Counted from the stretch's first letter, positions 24,717-41,866 are shown. The stretch is DNA of 64,000 nucleotides from Oikopleura dioica (GCA_907165135.1 OU015567.1:10664001-10728000), one strand, 5' to 3'. Numbers and translations: made by a program. The notes: generated by a model not told the origin, from the letters alone.

Positions 24717-25994
24717 TTAGGATCTGATGCTAAATTTTTGGAAGATGGAGTAGATCACTCGCATGATGGACTTAACGTCGCCGGAAACTATATCCCTGAA
24801 TTCGAGATTTATCGAAGTCTTTTTGAGAATAGATCAAACCTTGCTCGGACTTTTGTTGAACAGCCAGCTTCTACAACAAGATCCAACGCAAGCTCGACAT
24901 TTTGGAGTCTTTTATCATCCGTGTCCGCTAGAAAAAGAATCAGTGAAAGAAGATCCACTGAATACTTACCAGGAATATTGTAAGAATGCTGCGAAACAAA
25001 GTATCCATCAAGTTGTCCAATCAGCATGATAAGATTGATTCCGTCCCTGAAAGCAACACCAACGTCTTCGAGCATTTCTTCCTCAACTCCAAGGCAGTTG
25101 AGGTTATTGGCAACGTAGCGGACAAGAGTTCCCTTGAGCTTATCAAATTTCTCGCGGCTATCTCGATAGAGCTTTTCGAAATTGTCCCTAAATAATGATT
25201 TTTAAGTGTAAAAGAGAATAGAATTTACTCATTTTTTCGGTGTGTTGGGTATCCATTCTCATAAACGCTCGTAAACATAGGTTCGCTTCGAGTCTGACGG
25301 GTGATCGTGCCATCAGGATTTTTACGCAGAAAAACCATCTTGAACTCTATCTTTTCTGGAAGTCGGACATTGCATTTATCGTCGTAAAACTTGGTCAGAA
25401 TGACGAGAAGATAGCAAATAGCGAAGTAATTTTTCGTGTAAATACTAATCACACACCCTCTCTATAAAAATGATAAATGAGATGCTTTTAATTTCATTCA
25501 ACCTTTCTTCGTCATCGTCTCCAAAAAGCTCTCGATGATAGCCCTCACATCTGTCTTGAATCCGCTTCAGAACATAATTGAGCTTGTCGAGCTGGCCTTG
25601 TTTCGTGCAAACGATGTCAGGCTTGTCTATTTTCTCCTTTCCACCCTCAAGGTGCTCGAAAAGTCGCTGAAGAACTTGACCGTCGAAAAGATCTTCTTGT
25701 AAATCTTTAACAATGATTCGTTGTCCAGCTAGGCACTCGTTGATCCATTGTTTCAAGCATCGGTAAAGTTCTAGGACTTTTTCCGAGTTTCTGGAGCTAT
25801 TGCAGCGTTAATTTTGACTGTTTGAATAACGCTTACCTTGGAAGAACGAATGAATATGTCATGCGAGGGTCGACAGAGTTTTGAAGCTCTCGCTCTTTCT
25901 CCAGAATGAATTCTTCATCCTCATCTTTTTCAACTTGCGTGACATCTGGGTTCTTTACAGAAAGATTTCGAAGAGTTCGAAAAAGCGTCGTCAT
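24717..25994 (-). CDS. PARV: Parvin (two calponin-homology domains)
   Basis: CH1 QWINECLAGQRIIVKDLQEDLFDGQVLQRLFEHL; CH2 LEDVGVAFRDGINLIMLIGQLDGYFV; ends DVKSIMRVIYSIFQKFSIRS*. Confidence 0.9.
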
Positions 25995-26148
25995 TTTTTA
26001 CTAAATATAAGTTTTACGCTTGTATTTTTGATTGAATTAGTCATTAAATATTTCGGAAGAACTAATTAGACATTGAAGAATAAGACGGAATAGGGTATGA
26101 ATTGACAGGGAAAGATCAGTAAAAATAAGCTAGTAGACAACTTTGAAT

Positions 26149-28780
26149 TTAATCGTTAGGAAGAAAGGCATTCATCATCCGGTCGCCGTTGATTATTGCA
26201 GTTGCGGCAAAGATGAGTTTGAAGCGGTTCTTTTGCGCCCAGAAACGCAAGGCAGAAATTTCAGAATAAGTGATTCCTGAAATAAAAAATTGAATGAACA
26301 AAAATCAAATCAAACAGCTCAACAGGTTTTTCACACCTACCTCCGATAAAATAAACCAAGGCAACGTGCTCAGGCGAAGACGATCTATCATCTGGCCCTG
26401 TTTTTCTGGCCGTCTGTTTGACACTACCTCCCTTTACTCTGCAAAAATACTCGCCAGTAATATGCTTCTGAAGATCTTCATTGCCTAAGTCGACCTTTGT
26501 CAGCGCCAATTCAACAAGTTTACAACTCAATGGAATGTAACAACCGCCGAAGACGTAGCCCATTGTTCGAGGGAATTTTAAATCTTCGCGGTCGCTGGGG
26601 ATGAGGTGAAGGCGTTTGCGAAGTTGCTAAAGGAAAAATAAACGTTTTCATAAATACAAAATTTATTGCCACGGCAAGTCGACTATTGATGCAGTAGGAA
26701 GTTAAGTATTCATTTTAATTTCAATCATGGTAAGGGAGAAATTTACGGTACACATAGGATAGTTTCATTTTAAAACATAATTCAATCAGAATTACTGAAA
26801 TATGCCACGGGAAAGCTTTAGTCGATGGTGCTCATACAGAAGTTGCATTTTAAAAACAATTATTTTTGTCCATACATTTTATTTTTGTGAATGCATAAAC
26901 CACCCTTTTATACCTCAGAAAACGATAAGATCTCGGAGGATTACAATCAATCAAACCATTTTTATGGATCAAACCAATTTGTTACGTACCTTGAACATAT
27001 CCCGCTTGTTGATAAAGGCAAGAGCCGTTGATGCAATCGCGTTCTGGGCATAGTTCTGACCCGCCGAGTCTTCAAGTAGCAAACCAGCTCTCTGCAAATT
27101 GAACCAAGTGAGAATGTGATCATAGCCATAAGTATGGGCGTAGAGCCGTTTTAATTCTTTGTACTGAGTAGTTGGAATGCCGGAGTAAGTTGAGGATAGC
27201 AGGCAGAGAAGACGAAGGGTTACGTTGGGGCTGTAGCGGCGGCAGATGCATTCTTTTATGTATTCTTAGTTTGGTTCAGAAGTTATCAACAACTTAGTTA
27301 ACAACTTTATTTTATTTTGATTGAGAACCTTATTCTATGGCACGGTTAACATCCGACCCGTCCAACAAAATCTCTTCTACCTCAAGCTTTTTATTCAATG
27401 GCGGATCACCTCCGAGTGTATCTGGAAAATGATTCGAGTTTTCAGTATCCAGCATTTTGAAAATATATTCACACGCCATCCAATGGATTCTGATGTTTTT
27501 CTGGTCCTGCTTATGCTGTGGAATAGCCTAAGAAAAGCATACTATCATGAATCGTGTAAAAAAAATCGTGTAAATACTTTGACGAACGTCTTCATATTTT
27601 TAGCATCGAGCTTTTCAAGTTGTGTTTCATTTGTTGAGTTGATTTCATTCAATTTGGTGCGGAGCTTTTGAGTTGTTACTTGAATATGCTCGTCGCGGAC
27701 AAATTTGAATATTTTATCATCCGAGTTTAGAATATACTTGAACGGCTTTGTGACATCTTCGTTGATCCCGACTTCGCCAGGGAACGTAATTTTGCCGCAT
27801 TCTGAGTTGAACCAATCATCAAGAATACCAGTATAAGTTTGTTGGGTGCATAGAGGGGTAATAAAGTCAACGTTTCTGTCGATGAGAATGAAATTGCCAA
27901 TAAGCGGTTTTGTTTTAGGCGGTTCTCTTATCATTTTGTTCAATTATACCATCATTTCAAAGCTGTTGGAAATGAAATTCGAACAATTTCCTATTAGACA
28001 TATTCTGCACGAGCTTATCGACAATTTTCGCGGCGGAACCCTGTCCATAAATATTCGTCGGATGGCCGAATTGAGCGATGAGCTTGTTTATACTGCGAGC
28101 AACACAATGAAGGGAGGTATAATCTCTATGAAGAAAAACTGAACGAAGAAGCTCCGGCTGCTCAAGGGAAAGAATATCGTGGTCAAGTAAGACGAGGTCT
28201 ATGTCGAGTGATTGGGTTTCCACGTGACCCATGATTCTTTCGACAGGTTTTTCAGAGGCTCTCATGAAACTTACAGTAGATCACCTGTCTGGCCTATTTC
28301 AACCCGTTTCCATACTGCTCCAGAGTAAATTCAATAACCGGCGTCCGACGAGGAATAAAAACCAAATGCCGTTTTCTCGGGTATGTTCCCTTCGCCTGTC
28401 TCACGCGAACATCGTGAGCTATCTGCGCACAAACAGTTTTCACGTTTTTAAGAGAATTTCTCATGAGATAGAGATGCTTGTCGATCTCTGATGGTATCTC
28501 GAGCTTCTTGGGATCTATCCGATGTACGGATTGGACGCCGTTTTCGCGCAGGAATGCCATTCCGGCGATTCTATCTTAAATTTCTGATGAATGTGTTTCG
28601 AGTCCCGGTGCAACAACAACTGAGAGCGCAGAACATTTATTACACCCATAACAACTCACCAAGGATAGGAATAATGTCTGGATCAAGAATAAGGTCCTTC
28701 GGCCCATGGCACTCCTGAAGTACACGCCTCAGCTCTTGCCTTTGCAACTCCTTAATTTCTAACAACTCTGACGATTCCAT
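26149..28780 (-). CDS. VPS33B: Sec1/Munc18 family protein VPS33B-like
   Basis: HLVFIPRRTPVIEFTLEQYG, DLVLLDHDILSLE, LIDRNVDFITPLCTQQTYTGILDDWF, MGYVFGGCYIPLSCKLVE and LVYFIGG-ITYSEISALRF. Confidence 0.85.
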
Positions 28781-29039
28781 TGTCACTGAAATAACATCTT
28801 CTTATATAAGTGCATTATGTTGGCACATATTAATTTTTGACCGAATAAAGAACGAAGATTTAGGCAATATTGAATGCATTTATTTTTCCGTCGCTTATGA
28901 ACAGTAAAGGGGTAATTGGCTGTGAAATACGTTAATTTTTCTTTTTCAATGTGAGCATAATGGTCTTGACAAAATTTGATAATTCTGTCGAAAAATAGAT
29001 AAGTGACTTCTCATAATAAAATATCGAAGTAAGTGAAAG

Positions 29040-32000
29040 TTATTTTTTGATCGACAGATCGGCGCCTTTGACAAAGGTCTTTTTTGAAACTGTGACTTGT
29101 CGATGTTTATGCAGATTATCGACTACGACCAGATCTTCACATTCCAAAGTGGAGGAGGATGGCCTTTATAAATGTAAGTTAAATGATCAACAATGAAATT
29201 ATCTTACTTATCATCTGCATTTGTGAAGGTAATTTTTACCTCTCCTGGCCTCTGAGTGAAGTTTACGTTTCTTGCAGAGTCTACCGAAAAGCTCTTTCTT
29301 CTTTCCGGGTCTTTTTCAAGATTTACTTCACGAGTGATGTTGACAGAGCCGAGAGATTTCGAACGGGACTCTTTTCTTACTGGTGGGACTATTGCTGGAG
29401 AAAGAGGAGAAATGCTCATATCCACGGTAACCCGCGAAGTTTGAGGAGTTTGAGGATTGTTGAATGTAACTTTCGCTCGTATTTTATTGTCATCGGGCTT
29501 GTCGTCTTCGTCACTTGAAAATCCTGGCGGATCTTCGTCTTTGATGTCATCTTTTTTCTTCTCAGCTCCCTCGTTTGTAGCTGGTGGCAAGGGGTTTTCA
29601 ACTGGCTTTGACGCACTCCTCAGCAAAACCCCTGGATCATATGATGGCTCTGGAAACATCTGGTCGAATTTTTCCTTCAGGTCGTTTTTCTTCCAGCTAA
29701 TTAGCTGACTGATTTTGCTGTTAATCGTGGAGTATGATGAAGTCATCAAATTCGTATGCCCATCCTCGATCTCGTTTCCTCTAAGGAATCCGTTAAACTA
29801 TTATCGGAGTTAGAATTTCTACCTTTGGCAATGACGTCTGCCAGCAGCGATGGATTTGGCCGGCTCCCATAGTTTCGAATCTCGTTCGATTTCCATTTTA
29901 CGCGGTTTATACTTGCCGCTCTCATCTTTGCGCCACTGCTGATAGTGTGCCTTCTTCACCTCGTTGTTGTCATATCTGTACGGAGCCATGAAGGGAACCG
30001 TTTTTCGCATCATGAACTAATAAATTTCAGCTTGAATCAAAGGATTTATCTTACCAAATTATCGTCTGTTTCTTTGCATGCCTCCAGCTGTAAATCCTTG
30101 ATCACTGGTGGCCCATTGAGTTCAGCATCAAGTGAAGCGTATTTTTGGTCGATTTCAATGAAAGCATCTCTAGCTTTTTTCCTAAAAGGCATTGAAACTC
30201 TAAAAGTGTATGCAGGGCTCACATTTCTTTTTCATCTGCGGATCCTGGTTGGAAGTTACGATCCTCGTAATAGCCAAACTTCTCTTTCCGCTTATTCCGC
30301 TCAACTTCGACCACGTCGAATTCTTTCTGCAGCTTTGCTCGTAGCACCGGATCATGCTTCTCATTCGGCATTTCTATTGAGTAATCTTCACCCTTATAGA
30401 AGCTCTCAGTTGCCTTGTGTTCCGGGAGAAGTTGTGGATTAGCAACCAGATCATCAAAGTATTTCTTGTCCTTTTTCGTGCTTTTGCAAGCAGGAATGTC
30501 CCCCTTTTGAAACATCGGGAGGAAGCCCGGCGTTTCACTTTCACTTCTTGCGTCAAACTTTCCTCCGAAATCGTCAACTTTTTGTTGTAGTTCTTTAAAG
30601 GCTTTATCATCCCCAGAATTTGATGGATCTGGCTTGAAACCAGAAGTATCAGAATTAGAAGCAGCTGGATCTGATGTAGGTCCTCCTTGATTCGATGAGG
30701 ATTCTCCGATTGCCGCCCGAGTTCGCTCGATATCCTGTGAGAAGCTCAAACCCTTCTCTTGCTTAATTTTTATAAACATTTCCGTCATCCTTTTAGATTC
30801 TTCTAGTTCTCTCTCCTCGTCTGAGTCTAATATAGTCCCTGCATTTACAACTTCCGTTTGCGGTCTTCCAGAAGGAGCACTCTTTTGAGGAGTCTTTGCT
30901 AGTCCATTCTTCGGAGTTGTAGTGGACCGTCGCTTTTCTTTCTTTCTCGTCTTATTTTCTCCATCTGACTTTTGTTTTTTAGGTTTTGATGGTAGCGTTT
31001 TCGCTACCGAGGTCTTTGTCGCTGGAGTTTTCGCTGACAGATTTTTTGACTTTTCATTCGATTTACTCACGTTGTTTTCCACAACAACTTTACTAGCGTT
31101 CGTTTTCTTAATACCCCGGTTCTCTTTATCGTCCGACTGGGTATTTTTCTTTCTCTGTTTATTTTCTCCTGGCACCGACAATTTCTTCTTCGCTTGTTCT
31201 TTGTTATCTCTTTTCTCCACAAAGACTTCCAAAGGCAGATCGTCATCGATTGAGTCTGGCTCTTTATACTCCTCCTCTTCTTCTGCAATTTGCTGAACTC
31301 TCAAATTGATTGGCTTTTCCTTCACTTTTTCCGCCTGTGTCCTTGGCCCTGCTGGTGTCACTAGTGTGGGAGTTGCTGGTGGCTTATTTTGTGAAGAAGG
31401 GCTTTGCGACTGTACTGTTGCTATTGGTACTTCGGATGCTTTGACCTGTATCTGCGGCTCTTTGGATAGGCTTGATCCAAAGTCTATCGGCGCCGACTCG
31501 ACGTCATCTTCCTCAAGCTCATCAAGAACAGAGGTGAAAATTGGTTCGTCAGGGTTTTTATTTTTCGCTTCTTTCTCGGAAGACTTTTGAAGAACACCTC
31601 TTTTGGAGTCAAAGATGGTTCCGACGAAGACAATGTTGACTTTTGAGGGGTAGTGGGAGGAATTACAGTCGAGGAACACCCTTTATCGATGGGTTTTTCT
31701 TTTTGCTTTCCTTGAGATTTTCTGGCCGCGCTAGACGCACCTCTTGAAACTAATTCACCCTCTGGTGAAGTCGATAAGATGAGCTTTGGACGCTTATTAG
31801 ATTTGATCACTTCCTGATTTGAAGAAGTCGAGGCAGACATAGACTTTTCGTTCGCATTATCTGCAATCTTATCCGCTTGTGCTTTTGGTGGAGAAGACTT
31901 TGATTCGGCAGAAGATGCAGAGGTAGTCTTCGGTGGAATGACCACATCTTTTTTTGGGCTGCTCAAAAGATCCACTACTGGAGTTGGGTGGCTTTGTCTA

Positions 32001-33968
32001 TAAGCTGCTGTTTGTAGCTCTACTCTTGGGCGGCTTTTCTTTTTAGGGGGATCCTCTTGATCATCATTATTTGCGGCTCTTGGGGATTTGAGAGAAACTG
32101 AATCTTCACTCATATCAAGACTCCTGGATGCTCCTTTGCTTCTTCTTTTGATTTTCGCATTATTTATCTTTTCACTTGATTCGTTGTTGAGATTCGGCTT
32201 AGCTTTTATGGGCGATGTTTCGACTAATTCAGCGGTTTTTCCGCTGTCAGTAGTCCGTGTAACCGCATTTCCTTGAGCCGAAATAGAAGCGTCTATTGCC
32301 TTTTGCACGGGTGACTTTTTCGGTCGTTTTAGACAAGAAAGATTATTCAAACTTGATTTGGCAGAAGCAGAAGTCGAAGTTGCTTGGGCTTTCTTTCGTG
32401 GAGATCTTCGTGGTGCAGGTAAATTAGCAGCGTCTTTTTGGGTTGCTTTCTCACCTTTTTTCTCATCTTGTCTACTCGATTTTCTTCGTCGGTCTTTTCC
32501 GGAAGTCGCATCCCCGTTGATCTGAGCTGGCAAGTCTTTCTTTTCGACTAGATTTGCGACTGGGACTTCGGAAGCTTTGGGCACAATGGGGGTAAAAGGT
32601 TGGGGTTCTGTAGGAATTTTATAGGAGTTGTAGTTCCTGAAGTGGTCTATGGCACTTTTAGGAGGAGAATCTTTCTTGGCAGTTTTTGATGATGATGTTG
32701 GAGTCTCCAAATCATCATCTGTCTCATAAAAACTGGGCATCTTATCTATGGTTTCAGCTGTTTTGGCGGGCAACGAGTTTGTTCCTGGATTTTTACTGGA
32801 ATTTTTTTGCGAGGTGCCTTTATTCTTTGCTTTGTATTCATCTAATGAAATTTTTCTCTTCTTCTTTGTTTCTGGCAGAGAGAATTCTGGTAAACCCGGG
32901 ATCGAACAGGTCATGGTTTTACGTTGTTCTCCTGGTCTCTTCAAGGCCGATCTCAGCGGTATATTTTCGGTTTTCTTTGGGGACTCGACATATTTTCTCG
33001 TCTTTGATTCTGGAGTCTTTTTCTGGGCAGTGGTGGAACCTGGAGTAGAGTCACTCTCTGGGGAAGACAATAGACCGATTGGAGATCCTTCGGGTGAGTT
33101 TGTGATGGTAATTGGTCGTCTCTGTGGCTTAGAAGGAGTGGAAGATGAATCCGGCAGTGTTGATTTTTTTGAAAGAGGAAGAGGAGACATAGTGGATACA
33201 TTAGAAGCCATTGGGTTGGAAGACGACTTTGATTTGGCATCACTCACGGGGGATGTGTAGTGATCAGACGGATGAAATGTTAGCGACTCTTTTGTCGGCG
33301 GGTATTTTTCATTGAATATGCTCTCGAACATCATATCAGATACATCTCCGGAATCTGAGCAAAGCGAGGACGAAACAATATCTTGAACGTCGTCATCTGC
33401 AAACAATTTCGCGTATTCGCTCGGTTTGTCATTTTCTTCTGTGTTTTCATTCTCTGTGCTTGAGACAGAGGCTCCAGAAGTGCCAAAATCAGTCATGTCC
33501 TTAAGCATAGAGCGTGACCTTATTGTCGGTGCTTTTGGCTTTCTCACTTTGACAGCAGATCGCAGGGGTGATTCTCTCTTTTGTGCAGCGGAAAGGGCTT
33601 CAAATTGCTTCAAAATCCCGTCTTTATCTTCAATCAAGGGCTTTTTAGCTGGAGAGGCAGGAAACGGGACCGTTTTTATCAGCGTTTTACTATTTCCGAG
33701 ATCGTTATGCTTCAGTTGCTCCGCTTTTTCGTCTGTTTTTCCTGTAGCAGATTTGGAGGAAAGGTTTTTCGCCTAGAGAAACCATACTTCCTTTTCAATA
33801 ATTAAAAAAACCTACATTCTTTGTTTTCTTTCCCGGGGCTCTCTTCTTCCGAGTAATCTTTTTCTTTGGCTTATCCTTTGAGCTTGAAGCTTGTGGCTTC
33901 GAAGGTCCAGCATCATCATCTGATGAAAGAAGACTTATGACAGCAGGAATAGTGTCCGATTGCGACAT
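29040..33968 (-). CDS. Large low-complexity (S/K/E/P-rich) probable nuclear protein
   Basis: Long ORFs 31484-33637, 30219-31679, 29819-30013 and 29204-29749 are linked by short introns. Many S/T-P sites and basic clusters; no folded domain recognised. Confidence 0.65.
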
Positions 33969-34084
33969 GTCTTTAATAAAATGAAAGCATGAGTTGAAGT
34001 TTTTTTATCTATCTTTTGGTATAAGAATTCGGAAGTAGTTGCACATGTAGCGTTCAGGGATGGAAAGAAAGAAACAGTGAAATT

Positions 34085-35192
34085 CTACTCGCGCTCGCCA
34101 ACTTCTCCAGAAACGCGCTTGAACTCGTTCATGTTCGTGGCAGACATAGGCAAACCGATCAGCTGCAATTTGGACAAAGAAGTCACTTCTTTATCGCCTT
34201 GGTTATCCTAAATAGCGAATATTCATTGGGTCACATGAGCATGATGTTACCTTGAAAAATATGGTCAAATTATTGACATTTTGAAACTTGACAAAACGGA
34301 GAACGATTGGTTTCGCAAGTTCAGCGAATTCTAGCTCAAATTCTTGCGTTGCTGGGCGAGTCTCTGCATCATCAAAAGAAAGTGGGTTTGTTTCGTTTGC
34401 AAAAAGTCGAACTGTCTAAATGAAAAAAATGAAGTGATTTGATGGGTAAGTATGGAGTCTTGTTGTCTCAAAACTTGTTTTCGACTTTTTCTCACCTTTG
34501 GAGCTTGTTCCGCGTCGGCGCCTGGGGAAATCAAGATAGAATGCAGCTTGACGGGCTGTGAAAATTCAGTGCGAAGAATGAGCTGCTCATCGCAATCTGA
34601 AGTTTTTAGAAAATGCGTGATAATGTTGCCATACCAGATTTAAGTTCCCCTTGAATATTTTCGTCGATGATATTTTGCCAGGTGAAATCGTCGTCTTCAT
34701 TTAAGCACTCAGATTTCGACTGAAACGTTTCATAAAGGTTTTGAACCTCCTTCAACTCCTACCTTATCAATAATAGCAGTAAGATCTGTCATTCCTTCAG
34801 GAACGCCTTCGATGGGCTTGGCCCCAGCTTGGTTAGCGAGTTCTTTGACCTTGGACTCGAGGACTTCTTTATTTCCTCCTTTTATTGTTGCCAAAGTCTG
34901 GCCACCTTTGATAAACGCAAATGTTGGAACAGCTCGGACACCAAATCTTTAATGACGAAATAGATATCTATGCTAATGAAAGAATTTACTACCTCATGGC
35001 GGTTTCTTCGCATTTCTCAATGTCTACTTTGAGGTATTCTAGTGAAGGGTATCTCTTTGAGAGATCAGTGAAAAAAGGCGCAATGACTTTACAGGGTCCA
35101 CACCATTCGGCGAAGAAGTCAATCGCATAAATTTTGTTCCTATCGCTCGTTTTAGCGGCGAAATCGGCGTCTGATGTACAGCTGTAGACCAT
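34085..35192 (-). CDS. TXNL1: Thioredoxin-like protein 1 (Trx plus PITH domain)
   Basis: DFFAEWCGPCKVIAP active site; PITH domain SDCDEQLILRTEFSQPVKLHSI; C-terminus GLPMSATNMNEFKRVSGEVGERE*. Confidence 0.92.
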
Positions 35193-35650
35193 TCTAGGAA
35201 CCTCTATTTTGTATTTTTATAAGTGCGAAGAAAAAGGGTTAGAAGAGACGCTACTGTAAATAATGTCTGCAGAAGCGAGACTGTATCTAGAATAATAAAC
35301 AGTCGATGCTTGATAATTGAACTTTTATTTTTCCGTTGTTTGTTTTGGACAGCAAAATTTCGAACGAAATTTTGTCAATTGAAGGTAACATTGAGAAAAC
35401 CAAAAATTAATATAATTGCACATAAAGGAAGAGCATTTTTTCGCCAGCCCATTACTGTAAGGGCGTTAAGCTGTGAAGTTGGTTATATAAATTATGTTTA
35501 TAAATACGTAATATGTGTATCGAGTAAAAAAGGACAACTTTGAGCTATTTTACAAAGGGCGAGTTGAACACATGTCGACGCGATTTAGCTATTTTCACCG
35601 TGGCATATGATAAATGAAGGTAAAGCTTTTACAAGTGTAACTAAAGTGGT

Positions 35651-38323
<2,673 letters not shown>

Positions 38324-38477
38324 TTCGCTGAAAGCCGATTCGACTTCCACTGTCTACAAAATGCCCTTCATTTACTGATCATTTTTGCAGATTAACGACA
38401 ATAATAGTTCCCAGTTTCAACGTTTATTAAAACAGAATCAACAAAGGACCAGCATTTTCCCAAAAAATTTAGGAAAA

Positions 38478-39617
38478 TTACTTGGCCTTGGCAGCTTTCT
38501 CGGCAGCGTTCTTGGCGGCCTTGTTGAAAGCGGCTCGCTTCTGAACAGCGGCGTAAGGGTTGAGCTTGAGCATGGTCTTGATGTTCTTGAGTGGGTTCTT
38601 CTTGACGGTGGATCGCTTGGTGGCAGATCGTCGGGGCTTGAGGGCAGCCTAAAAAGAGTTTAGTCTCTGATTACTTCACTGGAATAGTTTACCTTGATTT
38701 CATCGGCCTGGAGGATTCGCTGGAGATCAGCGTTGGCGAGGATGGGTCGTGGCATGGAGAAGCCCTTCTTGTTGGCAGAAGAGTAGACGGTGTCAAGAGC
38801 CTTGAAAGCGTTGGCGGTGTAGATGGTGAATCGTCCAACGTGGCCACCTGGGGCGAGCTTGAGGAGGTTGAGCTGGTCGACGGGGAGGAGGGTAACGCCG
38901 GGGATGTTTCGCATAGCCTGGACGATACCGTCGTCGTTCTGGTAAACGACAAGTGGACCTCGCTTCTGGACTCGTCGTCGGTTTCGCATCTTTCCTCGGC
39001 CGGCTCGGAATCGTCGGGTTTCCTTGACTCGGTAGATGTCGTCGATGGCGCCGACCTTCTTGAGGACGGAGACGGCGGCCTTGGTCTTCTTCAAACCTTC
39101 GACGGAAGAGTCGAGAACGAGTGGGAACTCAGGGACGTTGTTGACAACGTGTCCCTTGGCCATGGCGAGGGATGGGATACCGGTGGCGGCGATGGCAGAG
39201 ACGGTGGCATATCGTCGCTGGGTGACGTTGACACGTCGGTGCCAGTTTCGCCAGGTCTTGTTGGGGTTGAACATTCGACCGCCTCGGCACATGTTACCGA
39301 AAGCAGCGGCACCAGATCGGGAGGTACCACCACCTCGGACACGGGGGATACGAGCAACAGCTCGGCCAGTACCCCAGGACTCGGCAGAAGTCTGTTCACC
39401 AGCGGTGGCAGAGACAGCGTATGGCTGTCGAGCGTTCTTGGCGATGTTGGAGTGGACGAACTGGACGACATCAGTTCGGATGGGAGCCTAAACTTGGTGA
39501 TGACGAATGTTTTAGAAAATTTAATTCTACCTTGAAGACGGCTGGGAGGTTGATCTGTTCAGCGGTGGCAGAGCCATCAGCGCCGTAAACGGAAACTACT
39601 GGTCGAGCAGCAGCCAT
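38478..39617 (-). CDS. RPL4: 60S ribosomal protein L4
   Basis: [10 protein letters not shown]...[45 protein letters not shown]...[17 protein letters not shown]. Strong codon bias of a highly expressed gene; two short introns. Confidence 0.97.
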
Positions 39618-39743
39618 TGGTCCGGATTCAGTCTAAGATAGAGGTTCATGTTGATGAAAGTGAAATATCTAGAACTATTTGAATCATTCTATTATATCGT
39701 CGTTATCTGGGTTAACAGTAAATATGAAAAGATATTTTGGAGG

Positions 39744-41866
39744 CTAGTTGTTCGGAGCAGGAGTTGATTGCTTGAAGAAAATGTAATATGAAGAGTATAA
39801 AATGATAAAGGGCGGGAGGCCGAAGATAGGCGAGCAGCCGGCCAAGTTTCCATAGGACCAGACGATCTGGTAAAGAGAGAAGACACGCAGACCAAAAGTA
39901 ATCTTTGAAAGGGTTTAAATTTGCTTCCAGAAATGGCTGTTAACATAAATATGTTCAAAATTTAAGACCCTTTCCGGAATGAGTAAAAAGAACAAAAGGT
40001 TGAAAACGGACTTGAATGGATTAACTGTCTTCTCAGCCCATTTTCTTTCGGCAAAATACGATGTGTAGAAAAGATATGGAATGACGAATGAAATCATACT
40101 CCAGAAGCCTTCTGCGTACATTTCATGTCTTGTGTGCATTTCACCTCTGTAGAAGATGCCGAAGGAGAAGATTACACCAATTTCATCGCCAATGACGTAG
40201 CCAAGGGACCAAGGAAGGAAGGCAAACCAGATTAGCCATGCAAGAAGAGGATACGAAAGGTGAACACAGAAGGGCTCTTTGCCAAGAAGAATTTGAATCC
40301 GGAGAAGGAATCTCCAGCGTAAAACGAGAGGCTTTTGGTTAGGTTCTTGATATGCCCTCTCCTTAAACTTTTTATTACTTTTGCAAGTCGAAGCAAATAA
40401 TAATTAGTTGTCGAATGTAAAGAACCGGACCTGGCGACGGACAAATTTCCTGATGAGAGGAGACATAGAAAACATGATCCCAATTGATAGCAGCGTACCC
40501 ACCCAGAAGAAGAAAGTAAAATAAACACAGAAGTCGACGGTAAGAAGAAAATTGCCAAGAGCAGAGTATCGATGGGGTCGGATAGAAGTGTAGTTGGGAA
40601 TGAAATCGCGAGTGATGCTGTAAGTCTGGCCATTGTAGTCGACGCTGATTTCAACTTCACCAGCTTCGGCTGGTTTCCAAGGTGCCACCCACAGATCTGA
40701 ATTGTCGACACGGGAGAGTGATGTCGTTTCGCCGAGATAGGTCATCGTTGGAGCAAGGTTTTCACCGCCATAAATAAGGACACGAATATGAGTAGACTTG
40801 GCGATTCTGCCGACTGGTTGACGATCCGGATTCGTCAGTTGCCAGACGGGAAGGTTAGTGATGTGGAGGTACACTCCATCTTTCGACCATTTCATATCTG
40901 TCCAAGAGAGCAAATCATGGTCAAAAGAGAGAATTCGGAAAACACGATTTTTCTTCCAATCGGCAAGTTCAAGCTCTGCCAAGCCGCTGGAATGGAGCTT
41001 TTGCATTCGAGGAACAGAATCGTGCAAATGCCCAGAAAGATAAGCAGTTGCATAAGTGCCGATGAAATCGCGGTAATAATACGATCGGTGAAGCGCTGAA
41101 ATTAAAATTAGAATTTGAACAATTCAAAGTGAGATTAACTTACTCGGAGTTGGATAGTGGCCGAACCAAATTGAATGATTGGAAGTGCGAGTTCTCTCTC
41201 CAATTTCTTGAAGATTGATCCTCTGCTCTTCGGAAATGTAACCAATAAAATTGTACGGACGTCTCATTCCTGGCTCAGGAGCAGCGTTGATTCCGACAAT
41301 GGTATAGTTTCCGAACTCCTTCGAAAGCGTGATTTCTCGATTTTGTTTGAAGGCACGATCTTTGGTGAATATCTGGTAAGAGGACTTTTCGTAAGTAAGG
41401 ACGTCGAAAGCATCGTGATTGCCTCGCAAATCGACGACTGGAAACTGAATCTTGTCAACAATCGCGGAATAAGCTTCCCATTCTTCGGTGTACTGATAAG
41501 AACCGTATTTATTCGCGGTTTTGGCGTCTGTTAAATCTCCAGAGATTAGGACAACTTCTGGTTTTATTGAACTCAAGGTTTTTTCACTAGAGCAATTGAT
41601 AACGGAGAAGTAAGATAATGGATAGCTCACCTAAAGATTTTAAATTCGGCTATTCTTTCTGGATCGTGGAATTTTGACACGTGGATGTCTGATATTTGAA
41701 CAAAATGCAGCAAATTCTTATTTTCATCGTTTGGGAAAGGCCTTGAATCTTCTACAGACGAATTTTCGAACGTTATTTCTTGTGTGTAAATTCTGTATAA
41801 TAAACCAATCGGGATAATTGCCAAAAGGCTAAAAATCGCAGCGAATAAAACTCTTCCGAAGGCCAT
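39744..41866 (-). CDS. TMEM62: Transmembrane protein 62 (metallophosphoesterase plus C-terminal TMs)
   Basis: FVQISDIHVSKF, VVLISGDLTDAK, DLRGNHDAF, IWFGHYPT, LELELADWKKNRVFRILSFDHDLLSW, and a hydrophobic C-terminal region. Confidence 0.88.

Noticed and set aside
31484-31679. Overlap of two long minus-strand ORFs suggesting a programmed frameshift
   Set aside because: An ordinary GT-AG intron of about 80 nt (GAG|GTGTTC...GATGAG|CTT) joins the frames.
38689-39535. Several long ORFs overlapping RPL4 (38840-39535 plus, 39036-39491 plus, 39091-39471 minus)
   Set aside because: Shadow frames produced by the strong codon bias of RPL4; no independent coding signal.
38650-39540. snoRNAs in RPL4 introns, as in vertebrates
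   Set aside because: Both introns are only about 45 nt and lack C/D or H/ACA boxes.
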